Assembly: GCA_016198585.1 (NCBI GenBank)
Contig: JACQII010000016.1
Location: 88,932 to 152,931, forward strand
Direction of reading: 5' to 3'
Source of the DNA: Candidatus Aenigmatarchaeota archaeon
GTDB taxonomy: Archaea > Aenigmatarchaeota > Aenigmatarchaeia > QMZP01
Length of the DNA stretch: 64,000 nucleotides
Positions 46,202 to 53,696 of the stretch are shown here, one piece after another. The position numbers and the translations under genes are program-made. Position 1 is the first letter of the stretch. Each line of letters opens with the position of its first letter. Below the pieces are notes generated by a model. The model did no database searches and was not told the origin of the DNA. It worked only from the letters and a program-made list of their open reading frames with translations.

Positions 46202-46237
46202 GGTCGCACACCCCCTTGCGCTGAGAGGGGGCCTCTG
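46202..46237. repeat. Hairpin repeat copy 2 (ggtcgcacaCCCCCT-N9-AGGGGGcctctg)
   Basis: Direct imperfect repeat of 45501-45534. Confidence 0.7.
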
Positions 46238-46340
46238 ACCCCGTCACTGTGTGCAGTTTATTCCAGGAATCAATAGACGAGGGCCTTTTTGGCTCCTGCA
46301 TCTTTTGCGTGTCTGGATGCAGACGGAGAGGAGCAGACCT

Positions 46341-46619
46341 TCACTCCCAGCTGATCCAGAGCAGGATGGCGAGGCCGACGGCCTTGACGGCCTGGAGCGT
46401 GAGGGCAGCCGCCTCGGCGGCGAGCGAGGTGTACATCACCATGCTGACGGCGAAGGATATGCTCATTGCGGTCTCGGCGATCATGAAACCGATGAAGAAC
46501 ACCAGGCCGGCCGTGTACTTCGACCTGAGCCGCCGGTAGTTGGCAAGGTATATCACCAGCAGCGCGACCAGCAGGAGGAGTGTCAGGCCGTGAATGCCCA
46601 GGGAGAGGAGGTCGGCCAT
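46341..46619 (-). CDS. Small 3-TM membrane protein co-transcribed with the ArsR regulator
   Basis: IYLANYRRLRSKYTAGLVFF; hydrophobic. Confidence 0.75.
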   Translation of the reverse strand: MADLLSLGIHGLTLLLLVALLVIYLANYRRLRSKYTAGLVFFIGFMIAETAMSISFAVSMVMYTSLAAEAAALTLQAVKAVGLAILLWISWE

Positions 46620-46623
46620 AGCT

Positions 46624-46941
46624 TCATTCACTTCCCCGGCTCTTAAAAGCCTTATCCAACATCGCGGCGATCTCGTCCAGAACGGACCGGTTCGCGTCCA
46701 GCAGCGGGGAGAGGAAATAGACGCTGCCATACCTCTTCCGTTCAGGCGCGACCAGCCCTGACTTCTCGAGGACGCGGGCGTGGTACATCATCGTCGTGTA
46801 ATCCATGCCGAGGGCCCGGGAGAGCTGGTTCAGGTTCCGCGGCCGCTCCTTGAGCAGCAGCAGGATCCGCAGGCGCGCGATCCCGCCCCGGGTCCCGCCC
46901 ACGTAGAGCCAGAGGATCCGCCGGATGTCAGGGGTGAGCAC
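46624..46941 (-). CDS. ArsR-family wHTH regulator
   Basis: LWLYVGGTRGGIARLRI..PRNLNQLS..DYTT..H..LEKSGLV..YG. Confidence 0.85.
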   Translation of the reverse strand: MLTPDIRRILWLYVGGTRGGIARLRILLLLKERPRNLNQLSRALGMDYTTMMYHARVLEKSGLVAPERKRYGSVYFLSPLLDANRSVLDEIAAMLDKAFKSRGSE

Positions 46942-47024
46942 ATCACAGACTGGGACGGCGGCCTTAAGAGGCTGCCGGCCGCCGCGGAAACAACCTTTTT
47001 TAACCCGTGCGCCAAGAAAATGAC

Positions 47025-47567
47025 ATGAAGAAACCGCTCCCGCCCGCGCCGCGGAAGTTCGCGGAACCCGCGCCGATGGCCGCGCCGGAGCCCCTGCGGT
47101 TGCCGATGGCGCCGCAACGCCAACTCCCTGCCGGACCTCCCCGGACTCCGTTCCCGCGGCCGACGCCTGAAATGCGCCCGATGCACGACTCGCCAGGGGA
47201 ACTGCCTCCCCTCCCGTCCCCGCGGAGCAAGGGCCCGCCCCTCTTCATCAAGCTCGAGAAGTACCAGGACGTCGTCAACACCCTCCACAAGATGAAGACC
47301 TTCTCCCTAAGCCTGCGCGATGCCCTGGACGCGCTCGCGGACGTCGAGCGGGAACTGCGGAACGGCATCGGCGTCACCCACAAGGCCCTCGACGCCTTTA
47401 ACGCCTCAATCGCCTCGCTGGACGCCAAGATCTCGCGGCTGCCCCCCGAGGTAGAGATGGACCCGGCCCAGCGGGCGGAGATCGACGAGCTCGACGACTA
47501 CGTGAAGGGCCTGCACGACCAGGTCGAGAAGATCCGGAACGAGCTCAAGTCCGCTGCCTTGCCGTAG
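47025..47567 (+). CDS. Pro-rich N-terminus plus coiled-coil protein
   Basis: PPLFIKLEKY followed by heptad helices; TATA ttttaa at ~46998. Confidence 0.75.
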   Translation: MKKPLPPAPRKFAEPAPMAAPEPLRLPMAPQRQLPAGPPRTPFPRPTPEMRPMHDSPGELPPLPSPRSKGPPLFIKLEKYQDVVNTLHKMKTFSLSLRDALDALADVERELRNGIGVTHKALDAFNASIASLDAKISRLPPEVEMDPAQRAEIDELDDYVKGLHDQVEKIRNELKSAALP

Positions 47568-47597
47568 CCTTTTAAGCACGCCGCCGAATAACTCCTC

Positions 47598-47736
47598 GCG
47601 GGGATACCCAAGCGGTCAACGGGGCAAGACTCAAGTTCCTGATGGGCGATCTTGTGGCTTAGTGCCTTCGCAGGTTCGAAGCACCCTTTTGGGAAAAGGC
47701 TGCACCCAAAAGCGAGCGAAAATCCTGCTCCCCGCA
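47598..47736 (+). tRNA. tRNA-Leu(CAA) with two introns (13 nt at 37/38: 47636-47648; 42 nt at 59/60: 47681-47722)
   Basis: GCGGGGA/TCCCCGC acceptor, CAAGA-CTCAAG^A-TCTTG, long variable arm, GCAGG-TTCGAA^T-CCTGC; splice helices CTCA/TGGG and TTCG/CGAA; usual position before rpl18e. Confidence 0.9.
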
Positions 47737-47768
47737 CGATATTTAAATACCATGCGTGAAGAATACCT

Positions 47769-48119
47769 ATGCGTTTGCGGGACAAGAACCCGGTGGAGAA
47801 GAGGCTCCTGGTGTCGCTGGAGCGCGCCGGACGGAAGCACCAGGTCTGGAAGGCCGTGGCCCTCCAGCTGAACCGGCCGCGCCGGATCCGCGCCGAGGTC
47901 GCCGTCGCCCAACTCGACCAGTACGCGGGCAGCGGCATGCTCCTCGTCCCCGGCCGAGTCCTCGGGACAGGAGAGGTGACCAAGCCCATTACTGTCGCTG
48001 CTGTTGGATTCTCGGGAACGGCCCGGACGAAGATCGAGCAGGCCGGAGGGAAGGCGCTTAGCATCCCCGACCTGGTCACGCAGAACCCGCAGGGAAAGGG
48101 CATCAGGATCATCGGATAG
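47769..48119 (+). CDS. rpl18e: Ribosomal protein L18e
   Basis: VWKAVA..RPRR, VPGRVLGTG, FSGTARTKIEQAGG. Confidence 0.93.
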   Translation: MRLRDKNPVEKRLLVSLERAGRKHQVWKAVALQLNRPRRIRAEVAVAQLDQYAGSGMLLVPGRVLGTGEVTKPITVAAVGFSGTARTKIEQAGGKALSIPDLVTQNPQGKGIRIIG

Positions 48120-48122
48120 GTT

Positions 48123-48533
48123 ATGGACATCATATTGGACGCGGATCATTGCATCGCTGGCCGGACCGCGAGCCGGGCGGCCAAGGAGCTGCTGAAAGGG
48201 AAGACCGTGGCCATCGTGAATGCGGAGAAGGCCGTGATCTCCGGTAGCCCGCGGGCCACGATCGTGGCCTACCGGGAACGCGTCGACCGGGGAGACCCCT
48301 ACCACGGGCCGTTCTACCCGCGGACGCCGGAGCGGATACTCAAGCGTATGGTCCGCGGCATGCTGCCGTACAAAAAGACCATGGGCCGCGACGCGCTCAA
48401 GCACCTGCGCGTCTTCGTCTCGGTTCCCGCTGACCTGCAGTCGCTGCCGACGGTCAAGGCCAAGGACCTGCCCCACGGGCAGAAGGCGATCACGTTAGGC
48501 GAACTCGCCCTGCATCTGAGGATGAGAGCATGA
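48123..48533 (+). CDS. rpl13: Ribosomal protein L13
   Basis: GRTASRAAKELL, NAEKAVISG, GPFYPRTP..VRGMLP. Confidence 0.95.
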   Translation: MDIILDADHCIAGRTASRAAKELLKGKTVAIVNAEKAVISGSPRATIVAYRERVDRGDPYHGPFYPRTPERILKRMVRGMLPYKKTMGRDALKHLRVFVSVPADLQSLPTVKAKDLPHGQKAITLGELALHLRMRA

Positions 48534-48937
48534 AACAGGAAGCGAAGCCGTTCACCACGGGAAAGCGCAAGCGCGCCGTCGCGCGGGCCTGGATCACCAA
48601 AGGGACCGGGATCGTGAAGGTCAACGCCGCCCCGCTGGAGACCCTGACCAACGATCTGGTCCGCATGAAGATCCGCGAGCCGCTCATCCTGGCGGGCGAC
48701 GCCACGAAGGGTTTCGACATCCACGTCTCGGTCCGCGGGGGCGGCATCATGGGCCAGGCCGACGCAGTCCGCCAGGCCATCACCCGGGCGCTCATCAGCC
48801 AGGTGCCGACGCTGAAGGAGCGCTTCATGCACTATGACCGCTTCATGGTCGTCTACGATCCCCGGCGGACAGAACCGCACAAACCCCCCAGGTCTTCCCA
48901 GGGTCCGCGGCGTCACAAGCAGAGAAGCAAGAGATAG
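48530..48937 (+). CDS. rps9: Ribosomal protein S9
   Basis: GKRKRAVARA, GGGIMGQADAVR, YDR..DPRRTEP. Confidence 0.95.
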   Translation: MKQEAKPFTTGKRKRAVARAWITKGTGIVKVNAAPLETLTNDLVRMKIREPLILAGDATKGFDIHVSVRGGGIMGQADAVRQAITRALISQVPTLKERFMHYDRFMVVYDPRRTEPHKPPRSSQGPRRHKQRSKR

Positions 48938-49016
48938 CCTCGCCTCCAGACCGGCAGCCGCTTGCCGACTATTTAAATACTCTGGGATCAAATAGACCTT
49001 GTTCGTGGAGACGGCT

Positions 49017-49352
49017 ATGGAATACGCGCGTGTCAAGCTTGCGGGACGGAATTATGACGAGTTGCTGGGCATCTGCGAGGAGATCCGCGAGATCGCCAAG
49101 AAGCATGGCGTCTCCTGGCGCGGCCCCATCCCCCTCCCGACCAAGAAGTTGCGCGTGCGGACCCTGAAGACGCCCTGCGGCGACGGGACCGGCCACGGCA
49201 ACGCCACCTGGGACCGCTGGGAGATGCGCATCCACCGCCGGGTGATGGACATCGGCGCCAACGAGCGCGCGCTCCGCCAGGTCGTGCGGCTGAACATCCC
49301 TGAGGGCGTCAAGATCGACATTGAGCTCAAGGAAAAGTACGAGAGCAAGTGA
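49017..49352 (+). CDS. rps10: Ribosomal protein S10
   Basis: GPIPLPTKKL, KTPCGDG, WDRWEMRIHRR; TATA tatttaaa at 48970. Confidence 0.95.
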   Translation: MEYARVKLAGRNYDELLGICEEIREIAKKHGVSWRGPIPLPTKKLRVRTLKTPCGDGTGHGNATWDRWEMRIHRRVMDIGANERALRQVVRLNIPEGVKIDIELKEKYESK

Positions 49353-49354
49353 CG

Positions 49355-49645
49355 CTATCGGTCCGGGAAATCGAACCCCAGGCTGTCCTCTTCTATCGCC
49401 TCGATCTTCTCGGCGACGTCCTGATGGTCAGGATGCTGGCGGTAGCGGTCGAGAGCGGCCTGGTCCCGAGCCACCACGACGACGCCGTGGGTGAATCCCT
49501 TGGCGTCTGGGTGGGTGTTCTGGCCGCAGAAAATGTCAATCCCGTCGCAGACGTCTTGCAGGCGCCGGACGCGCTCAAGCGCCTGGTCGACCGCCGCGTT
49601 GGGGATGTCAGGCTTCCAGCGGAACAGCGCGAGATGGATGATCAT
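49355..49645 (-). CDS. Dabb (stress-responsive alpha/beta barrel) protein
   Basis: MIIHLALFRWK, GFTHG, YRQHPDH. Confidence 0.85.
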   Translation of the reverse strand: MIIHLALFRWKPDIPNAAVDQALERVRRLQDVCDGIDIFCGQNTHPDAKGFTHGVVVVARDQAALDRYRQHPDHQDVAEKIEAIEEDSLGFDFPDR

Positions 49646-49652
49646 ACCGACG

Positions 49653-50072
49653 CTACTTCTTCTCTGGCGGGTTCATCGCGGCCTGGAGTTGGCTGCCGAG
49701 CTGGTTGATGTGGCTCGCCACGGCCATCAGCTCCTGGCTCAGTTTCGCGGACTGCTGCTCGACCTCGCTCTTCTGCTTCTCCACGAGGGCCGTCGCTTCT
49801 TTCTGGGTCTTCTTCACGAGGATGCCTGCGCCGATGTCCATGAGCAGCGGCTCCTTCGCCTGGCCGGAGCCGTGCATGAAGACGCCGCTCCCGAGGGGAA
49901 GCAGGATCTCTCCTGCAGCGGCCATGGACTCGGCCGCTTCGAGAGACTGCCGCGTCGCCTCGAGTTCGGTGTACCGGTTCTGGAGGAAGGCGGCCTGCCT
50001 CTGGAGCTGCTCAAACTGGTTCTGGAGCAGCTGGTACATCACGAGGGCGTTCTGGAGGTCCTTCTCGTCCAT
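49653..50072 (-). CDS. pfdA: Prefoldin alpha subunit
   Basis: Coiled coils flanking EILLPLGSGVF..MDIGAGILVKKT. Confidence 0.9.
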   Translation of the reverse strand: MDEKDLQNALVMYQLLQNQFEQLQRQAAFLQNRYTELEATRQSLEAAESMAAAGEILLPLGSGVFMHGSGQAKEPLLMDIGAGILVKKTQKEATALVEKQKSEVEQQSAKLSQELMAVASHINQLGSQLQAAMNPPEKK

Positions 50073-50118
50073 ATAGGATTAGAGAGAAGAGACGGTTTAA
50101 ATGCTTGCGGGCGCGCGG

Positions 50119-50457
50119 CTACAGGAGCTTCAGCTTCCCCGTGAGCCGGTCCGCTTCCTGGTCCGGGCAGGGCCCGATGCCGACGGCTGTCGCCGTCCCC
50201 GGAGCGGTCTGGGTGAGGCCAGCGTCGCGGATCAGGGCGCACGGCAACCCCTGGCTCCGCGCCTTCCGGTAGTGGTCGATCAGTTCAGCTTCAGAGGCGA
50301 CCGCGACGACGACCTTCTTCGACCCTTCCTCTTCCCAGGCCGTCCGAGCCGTAGCGGACGCGGCCTTGTAGGCCTGGAGCGACGCATGGGCAGATTGCGC
50401 GGCAATCTTGCCCTTGCCCATCTTGAGGTCCTTGCGGATGAGGATGACCTGCTTCAT
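50119..50457 (-). CDS. pth2: Peptidyl-tRNA hydrolase Pth2
   Basis: KQVILIRKDLKMGKGKIAAQSAHAS, IRDAGLTQ, GIGP. Confidence 0.95.
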   Translation of the reverse strand: MKQVILIRKDLKMGKGKIAAQSAHASLQAYKAASATARTAWEEEGSKKVVVAVASEAELIDHYRKARSQGLPCALIRDAGLTQTAPGTATAVGIGPCPDQEADRLTGKLKLL

Positions 50458-50505
50458 GCAAGCTAGTTGGTCTCGTGTGCTTAAGAAAAGCCGCGGGCAC
50501 AGGCC

Positions 50506-50928
50506 TTAGATGACTTTCACCGTGTCGCCGCGGATGAGGTCCTGGACGCCCGGACACTCCTGGGACTGGATGGTGACTTCCTGGACCTGGGCGAGGTCGG
50601 TCCCGAAGGTGAACTGCACGATGTCCTGCTCCGGCACCAGGACGTCCCCGGCGACCTTGCTTACGGTCCCGTTGATCGCGGTGAGGAGGACCGTGAAGGA
50701 CAGGTCGACGTCGCCGAAGTTGTGGATGTTCAAGGTGAGGTCACTGTTCGCGGTCTGGTAGACGCCGCTCAGGATGAGGGCCTTCGCGCCCGTGCAGTAC
50801 TGGATGGAAGCCCGCTGCTGCTGGGTGAACTGGGTGACCATGGCCCCCAGGATGCCCGCCACCAGCAGGGTGAAAGCGATGAGCATGACAACGGCGACGA
50901 GGGGCGAAATCCCTTTGCGGTGCTTCAT
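50506..50928 (-). CDS. Archaeal type IV pilin
   Basis: Class III signal RKG/ISPLVAVVMLIAFT. Confidence 0.88.
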   Translation of the reverse strand: MKHRKGISPLVAVVMLIAFTLLVAGILGAMVTQFTQQQRASIQYCTGAKALILSGVYQTANSDLTLNIHNFGDVDLSFTVLLTAINGTVSKVAGDVLVPEQDIVQFTFGTDLAQVQEVTIQSQECPGVQDLIRGDTVKVI

Positions 50929-50981
50929 AGGCTAGTAATTAATTGGCGCCGGTCTTATAAATTAGCCTGCCCCGCAGGCGC

Positions 50982-51467
50982 CTAATAGACGGTTACCGAG
51001 TCGATCGAGGCCGAAACCGCCTCACAGGCGTCGTTGCGGACCGTCAGCTTCGTTGCGGACTTGGCCAGCCCGATCAGTTCCCCGGAGCCGGTCGAGGCAT
51101 TGGTGAAGTTGAGGGTCATGATCGCCGACTGCTCGCGCTGTAGGGCCTTGGCGGAAGTGACCTGGTTGATGATCAGCTTGCTGTCCGAGGCGATGGTCTG
51201 GATGTTCGTGACGTTGAAGAGGACGAAACTGAAGCCGTGGATTGCCTGGTCGCCCTTGTTCGTGATGCGCACCAGGAGTTCGTCCTTGCCCGAGTAGTTG
51301 AACTTGACGTCGTCGATCACATAGTTGGTCTTGATGGCGCAGGCGATGGACGAGGAGGTGGTCTGGTCCGTCACCCACTTCGTGGCGAAGTTGGTGACGA
51401 AGACGCCGATGGCGATGGCGACGGCAATCATGAGAACGACGGCGATGATGTCGGAAATCCCTCTCAT
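50982..51467 (-). CDS. Archaeal type IV pilin
   Basis: Class III signal MRG/ISDIIAVVLMIAV. Confidence 0.88.
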   Translation of the reverse strand: MRGISDIIAVVLMIAVAIAIGVFVTNFATKWVTDQTTSSSIACAIKTNYVIDDVKFNYSGKDELLVRITNKGDQAIHGFSFVLFNVTNIQTIASDSKLIINQVTSAKALQREQSAIMTLNFTNASTGSGELIGLAKSATKLTVRNDACEAVSASIDSVTVY

Positions 51468-51551
51468 AGCAGTATCTTGTCCCCGTGGAGATATATAGCT
51501 TCCAATGGTCGCCCGGCCGTGGAGGTTGCAATCAGCTTCTCCCGGCCGGCG

Positions 51552-52391
51552 TCAGATCAGCCGGATCTCGATCTGCGAGGCGAAGGAGAAGATGGTGTAG
51601 CCGACCACGATCAGGAGGATCGAGTGCTTGAGCCCGGCGGCCAGCGACCCTTCGGCCATCTTCCCTGCCACCAGGCCGGCGAAGAAGCCCTGGACGAGGA
51701 TGAAGTTGATGAAGCTCTGGGCGAAGATGGACTGGACCGGCGTGGCCAGCCCCTGGGTCCCGGGCAGGCTGGGCAGGTTCTGCGGCAGCAGCGAGGGGAT
51801 CAGGAAGATCTGCAGGACCACCAGGATCAGGATGAAGACGAAGTAGATGAGGTACGAGGTGACCAGCTGGGAGTAGACCGAGGACGTCCGCTCTTTCTTG
51901 ATGTTCTCGATGGTGAGCAAGGTCTTGCTGATCGCGTCGAGGGTGTCGGCGATCTTGCCGCCGACCTTGTAGGTCTGCAGGATGGTCTTGACCGCGCGGC
52001 CGACCGGGACCGAATCGGTCTTGTGGGCGAAGATCTCCAGGGCCTTCGGGAACGGGATGCCCCAGTCCACCTGCGACGACAGCGAGGACACCAGGGAGGT
52101 GAGGTCGCGGTAGTCCCGCTTCGAGACGGTCTGGAGGGCGAGGGGGAGGGTCATCCCCGAGTTGATCGCCTGGGTGAGGTCGGCGATGAAGACCAGGAAC
52201 TGCTCCTCGATCGTCCGGCGGCGGCGGAAGCGGCGATAGAAGAACGTGACCGCCGGGATGACCGCCACGAGGGCGCCGACCAGGTTTAGCATGTCGCCCA
52301 GGAGCGGAACGCCGATGAGGAAGTTGAGGTTCAGGGCGATGATCAACAGGCCGATGATCGCGAAGAGCAACTCATAGAAGTACGCGAACAT
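51552..52391 (-). CDS. TadC/FlaJ-like type IV pilus platform protein
   Basis: SGMTLPLAL, WGIPFPKAL, GGKIADTL, QGFFAGLVAGKMAEG..GLKH. Confidence 0.88.
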   Translation of the reverse strand: MFAYFYELLFAIIGLLIIALNLNFLIGVPLLGDMLNLVGALVAVIPAVTFFYRRFRRRRTIEEQFLVFIADLTQAINSGMTLPLALQTVSKRDYRDLTSLVSSLSSQVDWGIPFPKALEIFAHKTDSVPVGRAVKTILQTYKVGGKIADTLDAISKTLLTIENIKKERTSSVYSQLVTSYLIYFVFILILVVLQIFLIPSLLPQNLPSLPGTQGLATPVQSIFAQSFINFILVQGFFAGLVAGKMAEGSLAAGLKHSILLIVVGYTIFSFASQIEIRLI

Positions 52392-52438
52392 ACTTTAGTA
52401 TTGGCGTCGCCCTAATAAAGCGCGGGCCATGCCAGAGG

Positions 52439-52669
52439 CTACTTGAGTTTAGGCAGCTTGATGAGGACCTTGCACTGCTCGCAGCGGACCGCCAACGGCC
52501 GTTTGAAGGCCTGGCGAACCTTCCCGCTGGACAGGCATTCCGGGCAGGTGTACTCGCCCTCGAGCAGGTCCGACCCGGTCTTCACGGCGACCTTGACCCT
52601 TCCGGTTTCCTTGCCGGCCTTGCTCAGGCAGGTGCGGTTGCTGACGTAGCGGTAGACGCTCATAGCCAT
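52439..52669 (-). CDS. Small zinc-ribbon protein
   Basis: YTCPEC and RCEQC pairs. Confidence 0.7.
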   Translation of the reverse strand: MAMSVYRYVSNRTCLSKAGKETGRVKVAVKTGSDLLEGEYTCPECLSSGKVRQAFKRPLAVRCEQCKVLIKLPKLK

Positions 52670-52702
52670 CCTCTACCGCGTTGAAGCGCCTCTATAAAAA
52701 GA

Positions 52703-53635
52703 TTACGGCCCCACTTTAAATAGTCCCGGCTTGACCCGGACGGTCATGAAGTCTCGGGCGGCGATGGAGTCAGGAAAGATGGCCCGGGCTTTCTTCTCCA
52801 GGTCGGTGACGTCCTGGTACCGGCGGGAGAAGTGGGTGAGGATCAGATGCTGGACACCCGCCTCTTTGGCCGCGCGGGCAGCTTCTTCAGCGCCCGCGTG
52901 CATCTTGGTCTCGTCCTCCGATTCAAAGGTCGAGTCGTGGATCACTACATCTGCCCCGTGGGCGATGGTCTGGAGGTTCGGGCAGGCCCGGGTGTCGCCG
53001 GTGTAGACGGCCTTGACGCCCTTCTTGACCACCGCGACCTCGTCGAGCCGGACGGTCTTGCCCTTGACCGTGACCGATCCCTTCTCCTTGAGCTGGCCCA
53101 CCAGCCTGCCCTGCGTCAGGCCGTAGAGCTTCTGGGCCTTCTCGATGTCCACGTTGATCTTGTCCCGCTCCTTGAAGCAGTACATCACCGCGGGGACCGA
53201 GTGCCGCGCGGGGATCGAGAGGATCTCGAAGTCCTCGGTCTGGTAGAGCGTCGTGACCTCTTCGCCCTCGAACGGGACGTCGACCGGCAGCACGCGGAAC
53301 CGCGGGGCCCAGTAGCCGAGCTCGAGGATGTTCTCGACAAACCGATCGGCTTCCGGCCCGTAGACGCGCAGCGGCTCCTTCCTGCCCTCAAGGTTCATGG
53401 TCTGGATCAGCCCGATCAGTCCGGCCCAGTGGTCAGCGTGCCAGTGGCTGATGAAGATCCGCTCGAGCTTCATGAAGCTGAGCCGGGCCTTCATCATCTG
53501 CAGCTGCGTGCCTTCGCCGCAGTCGAAGAGGAACGGTTCCGCGCGTTCGCTCGCGTAGTGCATCCAGATGGCGGCCAGGCTGCGCGTCTTGGAGGGAACG
53601 GCGCTGCCGGTCCCCAGGAACACGATCTCCAGCAT
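52703..53635 (-). CDS. rnz: Ribonuclease Z
   Basis: FLGTGSAVP, DCGEGTQ, HWHADH, YTGDT, THFSRRY. Confidence 0.94.
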   Translation of the reverse strand: MLEIVFLGTGSAVPSKTRSLAAIWMHYASERAEPFLFDCGEGTQLQMMKARLSFMKLERIFISHWHADHWAGLIGLIQTMNLEGRKEPLRVYGPEADRFVENILELGYWAPRFRVLPVDVPFEGEEVTTLYQTEDFEILSIPARHSVPAVMYCFKERDKINVDIEKAQKLYGLTQGRLVGQLKEKGSVTVKGKTVRLDEVAVVKKGVKAVYTGDTRACPNLQTIAHGADVVIHDSTFESEDETKMHAGAEEAARAAKEAGVQHLILTHFSRRYQDVTDLEKKARAIFPDSIAARDFMTVRVKPGLFKVGP

Positions 53636-53696
53636 ACCCTGATATGGGATCCGCGGCCTTAAAAGGGGTGGTTGGCGCCAGCGCGGGTCGGGACGC

